Of a stretch of DNA of 34,858 bases, positions 7,379 through 15,726 are shown piece after piece (positions within the stretch are counted from its first letter, which is position 1; each line of letters opens with the position of its first letter). The position numbers and the translations under genes were made by a program. The notes below the pieces were generated by a model. It worked only from the letters and a program-made list of their open reading frames with translations. It did no database searches and had not been told where the DNA came from. This stretch comes from Nanobdellota archaeon. Its GTDB lineage: Archaea; Nanobdellota; Nanobdellia; Pacearchaeales; GW2011-AR1. Where the stretch lies: contig JBBSYA010000030.1 of the NCBI GenBank assembly GCA_038045485.1, positions 1 to 34,858 of the forward strand. The letters are read 5' to 3'.

Positions 7379-7990
7379 TTAAGCAGAACTAATAATGCTT
7401 GCCTTACTGCAACAAATAGTATTTACGGGCTTATTTGCCAAGTCCGCAGTATCTTTTACACTCGCAGTAAGTTCTTCATAAACTTTAGTATCGGTAATAC
7501 AAGTAGCTTTCCATTCTCCGCCTAAACTGCTACAAGTTGGGTTCCAAGTTTTCCAGAACTTACAAGTTTCACCATTAATCTTATAGGTTTCCTTTAACTT
7601 TAATGCTGTATTCAAACAACTATCTCTTGCATTAGCTTTCCAAAGATTTTCTTCACAAATAACATTATTAGTATCAAACTGAGTTTTAGTAGCTAAATAT
7701 TCACAATTAACCATTTGTTTTGTTCCAGAAATAGTTGTTTCCTTAAACTTAGTATCACCACAATAAGAGGATTTAAGATCTGGTGATTGCGCTTCATTAA
7801 CACAAGTAGAAACTAATAAAGAATCGATAGGCAAATTTCCTTGTATGCCCCCCAACGTAGCGAAAAAGCCAGTCTGCCAAAGAATAACGGCTATAGCAAA
7901 TACGACTATTAAAACAATACCAACAAAATACTCCCATTCCACAGCTGCCCTTTTATTATCCATTTTCATGTTCTCTTTTTCTATTCCCAT
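7379..7990 (-). CDS. Cysteine-rich pilin-like protein with a class III signal-peptide-like N-terminus; last gene of the pilin operon
   Basis: N-terminus ..MKMDNKRAAVEWEYFVGIVLIVVFAIAVIL (basic stretch, small residue, then a hydrophobic helix). The extracellular part contains 10 Cys. Confidence 0.55.
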   Translation of the reverse strand: MGIEKENMKMDNKRAAVEWEYFVGIVLIVVFAIAVILWQTGFFATLGGIQGNLPIDSLLVSTCVNEAQSPDLKSSYCGDTKFKETTISGTKQMVNCEYLATKTQFDTNNVICEENLWKANARDSCLNTALKLKETYKINGETCKFWKTWNPTCSSLGGEWKATCITDTKVYEELTASVKDTADLANKPVNTICCSKASIISSA

Positions 7991-8019
7991 AATGAATATC
8001 CTATTTATAAATATTCTGT

Positions 8020-8454
8020 TTAGCTTAAAATCCCTTCATATCTGAATTGATATAGATAATTCTCTCTGTATAAATCTGAAGAAACTGAAACATTGACATC
8101 TAAGGCTATTTTCAAATGTTTATCCTCAACCACAATATGCTTTGAATCTATCATTTTTTCTATCTCCAAAAATTCAGGCATGATATAATTTCCATCGCTA
8201 TTCTTAAGTTTATCAAAAGTGGCTCTAAAACTTTCAGCAGAATCTGCTTTCGATGAAACTTCTCTTAAATAAAATTCAACAATCTCTGCACGAGAATAAA
8301 CTTTCTGAATTTCTACTCCTGAATTTATTTTACTATCCACTGTATTTTTCTTAATATTAAAGGCTACTATAGAAGTCATAGCAAGAACAAGCGTAAATAT
8401 TACAAAAAGTACGATAGAAATATGCATGCTGGATTTTTTATTTTTGAGTATCAT
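8020..8454 (-). CDS. Pilin-like protein (class III signal-peptide-like N-terminus)
   Basis: N-terminus MILKNKKSSMHISIVLFVIFTLVLAMTSIVAF. Its start overlaps the upstream gene's stop by 4 nt. Confidence 0.6.
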   Translation of the reverse strand: MILKNKKSSMHISIVLFVIFTLVLAMTSIVAFNIKKNTVDSKINSGVEIQKVYSRAEIVEFYLREVSSKADSAESFRATFDKLKNSDGNYIMPEFLEIEKMIDSKHIVVEDKHLKIALDVNVSVSSDLYRENYLYQFRYEGILS

Positions 8455-9008
8455 CCGAAATAAACCGATAATTTTAATTGCTTATCAGAGAGAATTGGAA
8501 GGCTGATTTTAGTAGAACTGCTAAATACAGGTCCTGCTTCTCCGGAAGTATCACTAATGAAATTATTTTCAGTAAAATAAACTTTATTTTCTCCCTTGAT
8601 CAGAGTTATATCGCTATCTTCCAAAGCATAATTCTTCTGCAAAAATTCGGTAGCTTTGTCTTCAAAAATCTTTTCCCTTTCATCCTCTTTTCCATCTTTT
8701 ATATCTGCCTTCAAGACTAAATCATAAATAGTTTCTCCATTGCCTACATCCGACTCCAAGAAGCCAACTAATGCTTTTGTTACAGCCACTTCTGAATTAT
8801 CATAAGTTATGGCTATAGAAGTTTCACTCTTATCCTTATCTGCATAGGTTATGCTTACAAGAATAAAATAAAGCATCATAATTAATATAATGACAAAAGT
8901 TGCGGCTATCCACACAATCGTTGATGCTTCACTCGAGTGTTTGGACAAAAGCAATCGACATCCTGATTGGGCACAAAGACGAGTAGAACGTTTATTGTTT
9001 ATTATCAT
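8451..9008 (-). CDS. Pilin-like protein with an atypically long basic, Cys-containing segment before the hydrophobic helix
   Basis: I place the start at the ATG at 9008-9006 (MIINNKRSTRLCAQSGCRLLLSKHSSEASTIVWIAATFVIILIMMLYFILV), 1 nt after the stop of the upstream gene (9010). The ORF-track start at 9074 would overlap the upstream gene by 65 nt. Confidence 0.5.
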   Translation of the reverse strand: MIINNKRSTRLCAQSGCRLLLSKHSSEASTIVWIAATFVIILIMMLYFILVSITYADKDKSETSIAITYDNSEVAVTKALVGFLESDVGNGETIYDLVLKADIKDGKEDEREKIFEDKATEFLQKNYALEDSDITLIKGENKVYFTENNFISDTSGEAGPVFSSSTKISLPILSDKQLKLSVYFG

Positions 9009-9009
9009 T

Positions 9010-9501
9010 TTATAGTTGATTTGATGCTGAAACAATTGAAAAAGTATATTTAATCTTAGTTTGTTCGTCTTCAACGATTAAATTATCTCTACCGCATTTA
9101 GCAAAATTTTCCTCCCTTTTTTGATTACTAAACTGATAATTGCACATAACTTCAAAAGTGCCCTTTCCACCCAAAATTTGCTTTATGGCTTTTCCAGATT
9201 CTGTTTCTTGAAGAGTCACATTAATATAGTAAAAATTCGAATCCTCAATTGTTGCCCTATTCAACCCACACCTTGAATAAATATCAAATTCATCTGAATT
9301 AAATTTTTCCAGAGTAAAATCTTTACTTAAACAATCCCCAAGTCGGTCCGTTAAAATTTGTGATTCGGCTAATCTCGCATCAGCCAGAACATCAAGAAAG
9401 ATTAACGCGCCTAAAACAATACAGCCCCCAATAATAATCCAATTTATGAACATCCAAATAGAAAGGTATCTTTCACCAGCTTGCTTATTTTTGATTATCA
9501 T
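9010..9501 (-). CDS. Pilin-like protein (class III signal-peptide-like N-terminus)
   Basis: N-terminus MIIKNKQAGERYLSIWMFINWIIIGGCIVLGALIFL. Its start lies 1 nt downstream of the preceding stop. Confidence 0.6.
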   Translation of the reverse strand: MIIKNKQAGERYLSIWMFINWIIIGGCIVLGALIFLDVLADARLAESQILTDRLGDCLSKDFTLEKFNSDEFDIYSRCGLNRATIEDSNFYYINVTLQETESGKAIKQILGGKGTFEVMCNYQFSNQKREENFAKCGRDNLIVEDEQTKIKYTFSIVSASNQL

Positions 9502-9502
9502 T

Positions 9503-9898
9503 TTAAGTTTTAATTGTTAACAGACATTTATTTGAATCAAACAATATATCCCCTATTTCTAATTGGCTAAAAAATCTAAAGCTATTGCCTTTATTATCTG
9601 AAGTTTTTACTGTAAGAATTCCCAAAGTATAATCCGCAGTAACTAAATTCTCTCCAAAATTGTTCTTAATTGCGGCTCTGCAAAGTTCACCAACATCCAT
9701 AACTAATTCTGTTCCGGGCTTCATCTGATCAATAGTCAAAGCTAATCTTCTTACTTCTTTTTTCTCGAGAAAATTATCAGTATTTCCTACTTGAGAGATA
9801 AAAAGCAGCATCAAACTAAAAAACAAAACATTCAAAATGATAAAAATAGTAACTCCTGAAAGTATATCGCTTTGAGATTTTTTATTTTTGAATTCCAT
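9503..9898 (-). CDS. Pilin-like protein (class III signal-peptide-like N-terminus)
   Basis: N-terminus MEFKNKKSQSDILSGVTIFIILNVLFFSLMLLFISQ. Confidence 0.6.
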   Translation of the reverse strand: MEFKNKKSQSDILSGVTIFIILNVLFFSLMLLFISQVGNTDNFLEKKEVRRLALTIDQMKPGTELVMDVGELCRAAIKNNFGENLVTADYTLGILTVKTSDNKGNSFRFFSQLEIGDILFDSNKCLLTIKT

Positions 9899-9914
9899 TT
9901 TATTTAAAAATAGT

Positions 9915-10910
9915 TTAACTTATGCTCTGAAAACGCTGAATATGTAATGCTGTTAGGTCTTCAGCCGTATAAGGTTTTAAGTATATTGAAGAGCAATATC
10001 TCTCCTTATTGTTCGAAACGAAATCATTCCAGGTATCATCAGCTTCAGAAGCAATAGCGCCTCCTGCTAATGAAACAATTATACCTGCAGCAACAACTGT
10101 AACAGAGCCTACCGCACCAACGGCGGCTCCAGCAATAGTACCTGCACCTGGTATAACGCTCCCATAAATAGCTCCTGCGAGTATAGCTCCTCCAACGGCG
10201 CTACCTTGCTTACTAAGTAAATTCCTTTCATATTCAACAAAAACAACACTATAAGGTTGATTTGTAGAAAGCTTCTTATCATTCAAAACATCTTCAGATG
10301 CAACTCTTAGAGGTATAACTGTCGGATTAGCTATATTAGCAAGATACTGAGCATAAGTATATGTTTTTTCGGGCACTTTTTCAGTATTCATATAATTATA
10401 AAATTTCTGAGTGCTCAATTCAGGATATTTTAATTTAGCATCATCACTAAAGCCTATTATTGAACATATAACACCATTTGAAGGGTTTGCAAAAAGTGAA
10501 AACTCTCTTGAAAAGACCATTCCGCCTTTTGACTCGCCCATCATACTCCAGCAAGCAGCCATGGAATCAGCTACTACTTTGTAAATTGCAGTTTCAGAAG
10601 AAACGATAGTTTTCGTATATTCCTTGCCCAGTAAGATATCACAATTAGTTTTATCTCCTTTAACCATCAAACAAATATTTTCAGTTTTACATCTTAAGGG
10701 AATATCCACCCACTTCCCGCCTACTAAAGGTTTCTCAATTCCTATTGTTTTTTTTAAAGTAACGCTCGAATAACATGTTTCTTCATTTATCTGACTTCCA
10801 AGATTTAACTGAGATAATAAAAATAAAATGACTCCGATACTTATTGCAAGAACTATAACTGCTAAAAGAAAATTCCAGTTTGTTTCTTGTGATTTTTTAG
10901 TATTCTTCAT
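9915..10910 (-). CDS. Large pilin-like protein (331 aa) with an additional C-proximal Gly/Ala-rich (glycine-zipper-like) hydrophobic region
   Basis: N-terminus MKNTKKSQETNWNFLLAVIVLAISIGVILFLL. Residues about 233-290 read GSAVGGAILAGAIYGSVIPGAGTIAGAAVGAVGSVTVVAAGIIVSLAGGAIAS. Several Cys lie in the middle domain. Confidence 0.6.
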   Translation of the reverse strand: MKNTKKSQETNWNFLLAVIVLAISIGVILFLLSQLNLGSQINEETCYSSVTLKKTIGIEKPLVGGKWVDIPLRCKTENICLMVKGDKTNCDILLGKEYTKTIVSSETAIYKVVADSMAACWSMMGESKGGMVFSREFSLFANPSNGVICSIIGFSDDAKLKYPELSTQKFYNYMNTEKVPEKTYTYAQYLANIANPTVIPLRVASEDVLNDKKLSTNQPYSVVFVEYERNLLSKQGSAVGGAILAGAIYGSVIPGAGTIAGAAVGAVGSVTVVAAGIIVSLAGGAIASEADDTWNDFVSNNKERYCSSIYLKPYTAEDLTALHIQRFQSIS

Positions 10911-10922
10911 TTTTTAGATTTA

Positions 10923-11048
10923 TTAAATTAAATTCTTAAATTTAATTATAACATAAACAACGCCCAGGGCTACCAAAAGATAGGCCGCCCACAGGAATAT
11001 TCTTGCGAGCCAATTAATCTGGGCTTTTTTTATTTTTAGCTCTTTCAT
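10923..11048 (-). CDS. Mini class III-like membrane peptide (41 aa), not in the ORF track
   Basis: ATG at 11048-11046 and TAA at 10925-10923. Translation: MKELKIKKAQINWLARIFLWAAYLLVALGVVYVIIKFKNLI. It fits exactly between the two flanking pilin-like genes, with gaps of 1 nt and 12 nt. Confidence 0.4.
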   Translation of the reverse strand: MKELKIKKAQINWLARIFLWAAYLLVALGVVYVIIKFKNLI

Positions 11049-11049
11049 T

Positions 11050-11646
11050 TTATACGGGCACTATTGTTAATTTATCATTAGCCTTATCATAAGTTATTTT
11101 CAAATTTTTGATATCTGCCTCAGTCCAGCCCTGAATAATTATGGGCTTGTGTTTGGTTCCTAAACCAATCAAATTAAGAAAGACACTATCGGAGGGATTA
11201 ACCGAAAAATCCTTTACCTTTATTTCAACGCAGATAGGATTTCCATCACAGGCTTCTCTAATATTTGTTTTAGTTGCGATAGCTCTTTTAGTGCCAGCTA
11301 TTCCCGAGATGCTTAAATCACAGAAGCACAAACAATTAGTCCATCCTTGAGAAATACAATAATTAGCACTCATTCCATCTTCAAGAGGCCAGCCAACAAG
11401 TGCCCAACCCTCAGGCCCAATAAGGGGATAATTTATAGTTTTAGCATCACGTTCCTGAAGATTAGAAATTACTCCTGAAAGTTTATTCAACTCGCCCTGT
11501 GCTCTAGCTGCCTCTTGCTTATCTGCAGATAAAAGATTGTAAACTGACGAACCTAAAAGAAGCAATGCCACAATACAAAGTGCAGCGATAATAAGATTAA
11601 CAGTATGCTCTCCTAATAACTCAAATGCTTTTTTATTTTTTATCAT
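11050..11646 (-). CDS. Pilin-like protein (class III signal-peptide-like N-terminus), Cys-containing
   Basis: N-terminus MIKNKKAFELLGEHTVNLIIAALCIVALLLLGSS. A Cys cluster reads NYCISQGWTNCLCFCD..EACDGNPIC. An AGGTGA Shine-Dalgarno-like sequence lies about 12 nt upstream. Confidence 0.65.
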   Translation of the reverse strand: MIKNKKAFELLGEHTVNLIIAALCIVALLLLGSSVYNLLSADKQEAARAQGELNKLSGVISNLQERDAKTINYPLIGPEGWALVGWPLEDGMSANYCISQGWTNCLCFCDLSISGIAGTKRAIATKTNIREACDGNPICVEIKVKDFSVNPSDSVFLNLIGLGTKHKPIIIQGWTEADIKNLKITYDKANDKLTIVPV

Positions 11647-11663
11647 CTTATTTTTATTTCACC

Positions 11664-12293
11664 TTAAATCCAGGGTACAAATCGAATATTATATTCTACA
11701 TGAAGCGGAAAACCTCTTCTTACAATGCTATTCTTATCTGGATAATTCTTAAAGATATCAAAAGTATATTCTCCATTTTTCGCCCAACCCGCATCTTCAA
11801 CTATCCTATCAATAAAATAATAGCTTTTAGTACCTATCATCTTGGGTGTATAATCTTTTTGTATATTCAAAAATAAAGAAACGATGGAAACATCATCTCG
11901 GATATCCCTTGTAACCAAAGCATAAGTTCTACATGCATACTTGGGATTTTTAGAATCCGCCAAATTTCCTATATCGTCTTTAAATTTTATTGCTACGTAA
12001 ACTAAACCGGGTTCAATAGTAAGACCATTAATATTTTTACCAGTTGCATCAGCCCAATAAAAAGCATAATCCAAACAGGGATCATCAGTTCTTAATTCAA
12101 GAGGCTGACTCGAAGCATCTCCAGAAGCCATTGCTTTATTTCCACTCCCAAAACTAGGCAGTACATTCTTCAGAATAGTAAGCCCATCTGCCATAAACAA
12201 CCAGTATAAAATTCCTCCAACAGTAAGGGCAACAATTAAAATAGCTACCACTGTTTCCGCATTTATCTCTGCTTTTTTATTTTTTATTTTCAT
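11664..12293 (-). CDS. Pilin-like protein (class III signal-peptide-like N-terminus)
   Basis: I prefer the start at 12293 (MKIKNKKAEINAETVVAILIVALTVGGIL) because it matches the M-x-[IF]-K-N-K-K-[AS] N-termini of the paralogs. The alternative ATG at 12311 overlaps the upstream small ORF's stop as ATGA. Confidence 0.6.
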   Translation of the reverse strand: MKIKNKKAEINAETVVAILIVALTVGGILYWLFMADGLTILKNVLPSFGSGNKAMASGDASSQPLELRTDDPCLDYAFYWADATGKNINGLTIEPGLVYVAIKFKDDIGNLADSKNPKYACRTYALVTRDIRDDVSIVSLFLNIQKDYTPKMIGTKSYYFIDRIVEDAGWAKNGEYTFDIFKNYPDKNSIVRRGFPLHVEYNIRFVPWI

Positions 12294-12307
12294 TTTATTT
12301 AAAGACC

Positions 12308-12466
12308 TCATCTAAAGCTAAGTAGATTTTTTATAAATTCAGTTATTTCTGTGCCTCGCGTAGTAAAGAGAACTATACCTCCAATTACCAATAAAGCCCC
12401 TGCAGCCCATAGGGCTATCTGACCTATAACTTCGATATTCCATGCTCCCTTTTTATTAAATACCAT
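12308..12466 (-). CDS. Mini class III-like membrane protein (52 aa), first ORF of the pilin operon, not in the ORF track
   Basis: ATG at 12466-12464 and TGA at 12310-12308. Translation: MVFNKKGAWNIEVIGQIALWAAGALLVIGGIVLFTTRGTEITEFIKNLLSFR. GAGGT lies 9 nt upstream of the ATG. Confidence 0.45.
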   Translation of the reverse strand: MVFNKKGAWNIEVIGQIALWAAGALLVIGGIVLFTTRGTEITEFIKNLLSFR

Positions 12467-12475
12467 CTTTTATCT

Positions 12476-12510
12476 ACCTCAAAAATAAGAATAAAAAGAA
12501 TTATATAAAC
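12476..12510 (-). promoter_or_regulatory. Putative promoter (TATA-like GTTTATATAA) and Shine-Dalgarno (GAGGT) for the pilin operon
   Basis: Reverse-strand TTTATATAA at 12509-12501 lies about 40 nt upstream of the ATG at 12466. GAGGT occupies 12480-12476. Confidence 0.35.
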
Positions 12511-12647
12511 CTTACTTAATCTATTGAATCAACAAGCCCACACCACCATCCACCTACTAAACCCCCCAATAAAAAAATCCCCTATATCTCAAAAACCCGT
12601 TACATTATTAAGTATTTATTATAATCGCTAAGCGCAAACTAAAATTC

Positions 12648-14822
12648 TCAAACCAAACTCGGCAGTGCAACAGCCGCAATGCTTGAAAGTGCGATTAAAG
12701 CTACAAGCGCTACAATATAATAAAGCAATCCACCAGAAAGAAGATTCTTGCCTATTTCATAAGTTGATTTTAATTCATCAGGTCCTGAATCAACAGTAAC
12801 TAATGTTTTTGTTAAAATAAAGATTATTTCAATAATATAAATTCCTACGCAGACTTGAAGAAAATAAGGCGGAATTAAATTTTCCACTCCAAATAAGCCA
12901 GTAATTTTGCCAGCTATTCCTGTATCTGTGCTTCCAGCCACATCAATAAGACTTTTTAACTTAGTAAGTATTAAAGTAATCATTGAAGATAAGCCAACAA
13001 CAAAACCCGCAAGTATTGGCGCAAGGAAAGTCATATTGCTCTTCATATCTGAAGTTACTTCTGCAAGTAAATCTCTAAGTCTATCATTAATCTTATTAAT
13101 ATTTCTTATATAATCCGCAATACTCATTAAAGAAGCAGCCGCAACCTGCAATCCTTTTTTTACGCTTTCCACAAGAATATGCATACTCGTTGAAATTAAA
13201 TTAGAAGGATAATTTATTATTGCTCCTCTTTTTGGATCAAATATAGCTCGATCTAAAGGCATTCCCATGGATTGAATATTTGAATTAACTGCTCTGAAAA
13301 AGTCTGCGGTAACTAATCCTTTCGAACTTTCGGCAACTCGCGCAAATGCAAGTTCAGCCGGAGTCCCATCGCCGATTCTATTGCCTAATTGAAAAAGAGA
13401 ATTATTAAATTCAGCCTCAAGCATTTTAGAATAATCGCGGGATTTTATTATTTCCTGTGTTCTTAATTTATAAGAAATAGAATAAAATAGGACAATAGAA
13501 AGCGGAATAAACATGCTAAGAATTAACGCAAAAGTGCCCATAGGCCCAACAGTTACTCCATTAGAAGTGATAAAATCAAAAAGTTTTGCGTCTCCTAAAA
13601 AAGATAAACCAATTTCATAAAAAGAATAGTCTGTTTTTAATCCGAGCCATACCGGAATCGGAGTATATTGAAAAATAAAGGGCAATAAACCTAATATTAA
13701 AAGGGGGACGGCTATTGCAGCAGCTTTCCAATAAGGCTTATGAGATTTATATTTAGCATAAAGGGGATTTAACTCCAAGATAGAAGATTCTCCATAACCT
13801 CCTGGCCTTCTAAGCATAATATTATTAGTCATATAGAAAACAAAAAAAGGCACGAGCAAATTAAAAAGAATAAAGACATGATACCATTTTATGGCACCGT
13901 TCATCAATGCAGAAGCAAGAGGAATAAGCGCGAGCGCAAGTGTTGGCAACACTATTCCAAGCATATAAAGATTAGTTAATGGCGCTTTTACATCATGAGA
14001 ATATTTCATCATCTTATCATAAACCCCATCAAGAATTACCTGAAGTGATCTTTCCAGAATTTGCATTCTGCGAGCTTCACTCGGCTCAAAAAGAGAAGAT
14101 TCTATAAGATTAAAACTTTCCACAAATTCAGAATTAGTTTCTCTCCAAGTTTCAAGATAAACATCAAGACTTTCTTTTATCGTAGAATATTTTCCTGTTT
14201 CAACATCCCAAAAAACTTTTTTCAAATCAAGCGCCAATGGCGGTTCTAAATGTTGTGACGCAAATCTTATAGCTCTCTCCAAATTAGAAGTATGTTTCAT
14301 ATAAACAACAGTATAAAGAATGCAGGGAACCATCTGCGAACCCGCCCTCAATCTCCATTGATTAGCCAGTCTCGAAGGCATACTATAAAAATAGTAAAAT
14401 AAAAATCCTGCAGTTAAAAAACATAAAAAGAAAATTAAAATTATGGGCGACATTTTTTGCCCTGTTCCAAAAGTTAAAAGATAAAGCGCGGCAGAAAGAA
14501 GGATGCCTGCAAAAAGAGTAAGAATAAAAGATAGCACCGCAAGAGATACAACATTCTCCGGTCTTGTTTCTAAATGTGCGGAATCAATATTCTTCTGTAT
14601 TTTTTTATTGTCTTTTTCTGAAAGTTTAATCTTTAGAGAGCCGCCAATATTATTGCACCAATTTTCATATCGTGAAAATTTAGGCAGCATCTCATTTTTG
14701 AATTGTTGAAATTCTGAAGATATATTCACATTTGAGGTGTTTGGCATAGGGCTGACTCGTGAAGAACTATCCAATCTTCCACCATATTTTCTTAGAATAT
14801 CATCTACGTTTTCAGTTGCCAT
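12648..14822 (-). CDS. Polytopic platform membrane protein of the type IV pilus/archaellum-like machinery (FlaJ/TadC/PilC superfamily)
   Basis: 724 aa. Two cytoplasmic helical domains each precede clusters of TM helices, as in the T2SSF-like architecture. It lies immediately upstream of the pilin-like operon. The assignment rests on architecture and context, not on a strict motif. Confidence 0.6.
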   Translation of the reverse strand: MATENVDDILRKYGGRLDSSSRVSPMPNTSNVNISSEFQQFKNEMLPKFSRYENWCNNIGGSLKIKLSEKDNKKIQKNIDSAHLETRPENVVSLAVLSFILTLFAGILLSAALYLLTFGTGQKMSPIILIFFLCFLTAGFLFYYFYSMPSRLANQWRLRAGSQMVPCILYTVVYMKHTSNLERAIRFASQHLEPPLALDLKKVFWDVETGKYSTIKESLDVYLETWRETNSEFVESFNLIESSLFEPSEARRMQILERSLQVILDGVYDKMMKYSHDVKAPLTNLYMLGIVLPTLALALIPLASALMNGAIKWYHVFILFNLLVPFFVFYMTNNIMLRRPGGYGESSILELNPLYAKYKSHKPYWKAAAIAVPLLILGLLPFIFQYTPIPVWLGLKTDYSFYEIGLSFLGDAKLFDFITSNGVTVGPMGTFALILSMFIPLSIVLFYSISYKLRTQEIIKSRDYSKMLEAEFNNSLFQLGNRIGDGTPAELAFARVAESSKGLVTADFFRAVNSNIQSMGMPLDRAIFDPKRGAIINYPSNLISTSMHILVESVKKGLQVAAASLMSIADYIRNINKINDRLRDLLAEVTSDMKSNMTFLAPILAGFVVGLSSMITLILTKLKSLIDVAGSTDTGIAGKITGLFGVENLIPPYFLQVCVGIYIIEIIFILTKTLVTVDSGPDELKSTYEIGKNLLSGGLLYYIVALVALIALSSIAAVALPSLV

Positions 14823-15070
14823 TTTTCCTCTTTTTATATTAAAGTTATTAAGATTGGGTTATTTTAAAACCTTCTCAATGCTTGCTTCGGCTCGCATAAT
14901 TTAAGTTTCGTAAACATTATTTAAATAAAAATTATTATTAATCTATAAAATTCGGAAGCAGAAGTTTAGACAACAAATCTCGCTAAAGAAGAGGTAATTA
15001 TCAGGGTTTTATGCGTTATTAAAAATTTGGGGAAATTGGCGAAACCTCTCTTAAAAAAGGCGAGCGCGAG

Positions 15071-15112
15071 AATTTGCATTTAAGTAGTAATTAGAATAAG
15101 AATGCAAATTCG
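15071..15112. terminator. Perfect 11-bp hairpin just downstream of the 15127-15630 gene; member of the nested palindrome family
   Basis: GAATTTGCATT (15071-15081) pairs with AATGCAAATTC (15102-15112) across a 20-nt loop. In reverse-strand sense it begins about 15 nt after the TAA stop and is followed by CGCGCTCGCCTTTTTT. The same arms, with one mismatch, occur at 29409-29419 and 29493-29503. Confidence 0.45.
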
Positions 15113-15126
15113 AGAATAAGCGAGCC

Positions 15127-15630
15127 TTATTTCTTCAGCAACAAAAATCCAACAACAACTACAGAAACAATAAACATTATGCTGTTCTTAATCGTATCAG
15201 AGTAAATATAATCCTTCAATTCTGAAAGTCCAGAGCCCAATCCTGCATTTGACGTGCTTGGCAAAACATGATTTAAGAGAGGAAACTGATGAAAAGCCCC
15301 AAGAATAATAACCAGCATACAGATAACAAAACCTATAATCGCAAGAGGTTTAGTAAACTGGACATCCTTTGCTACGAAAACCAGCACTAATAAAACTGAA
15401 AAAGATAAAATTAAAACTACCGACATCAAAGCAATCGCTCCAGCCATATATTCTGTTAATCCCGTTGAAGAAACAACAAGAAAGGTAAGCATAAAACTAA
15501 GCAACGCAAGAACAAAATTATTTCCTGGCAGCTTTATTTTTTTTAATCCGGCATAAATTAAGATTATCAGAGCTATCATCAGCCATATGGGCGTGTATTC
15601 TCCAAGGAAATTAAGTGAAATCATAATCAA
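15127..15630 (-). CDS. Small polytopic membrane protein, distant paralog of 22695-23261 and 23453-23941
   Basis: 167 aa with 4-5 TM segments. The first helix is followed by a basic loop and a short motif (LIYAGLKKIKLPGNNFVLALLSF), comparable to the paralog motif PFLL.F..VF.IL.KS.I.G...N.II. Confidence 0.55.
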   Translation of the reverse strand: MIMISLNFLGEYTPIWLMIALIILIYAGLKKIKLPGNNFVLALLSFMLTFLVVSSTGLTEYMAGAIALMSVVLILSFSVLLVLVFVAKDVQFTKPLAIIGFVICMLVIILGAFHQFPLLNHVLPSTSNAGLGSGLSELKDYIYSDTIKNSIMFIVSVVVVGFLLLKK

Positions 15631-15726
15631 GAATATTAATTTCTATTTTTAAAGCTTTCTATGTGTCGTAACTAAATAGTGGTGTTAAATAATAAGATTT
15701 AAAAAGATTGGTTATTTTAGGGGATT

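Noticed and set aside
12530-12590. C-rich plus-strand tract, G-rich in gene sense (GGGGATTTTTTTATTGGGGGGTTTAGTAGGTGGATGGTGGTGTGGG), between the platform gene and the pilin operon, considered as a G-quadruplex
   Set aside because: There are only two runs of at least 3 G within canonical loop distances. The remaining G runs are GG, and the first loop is 11 nt. The tract is compositionally striking in an AT-rich genome but does not fit a canonical G4 motif.
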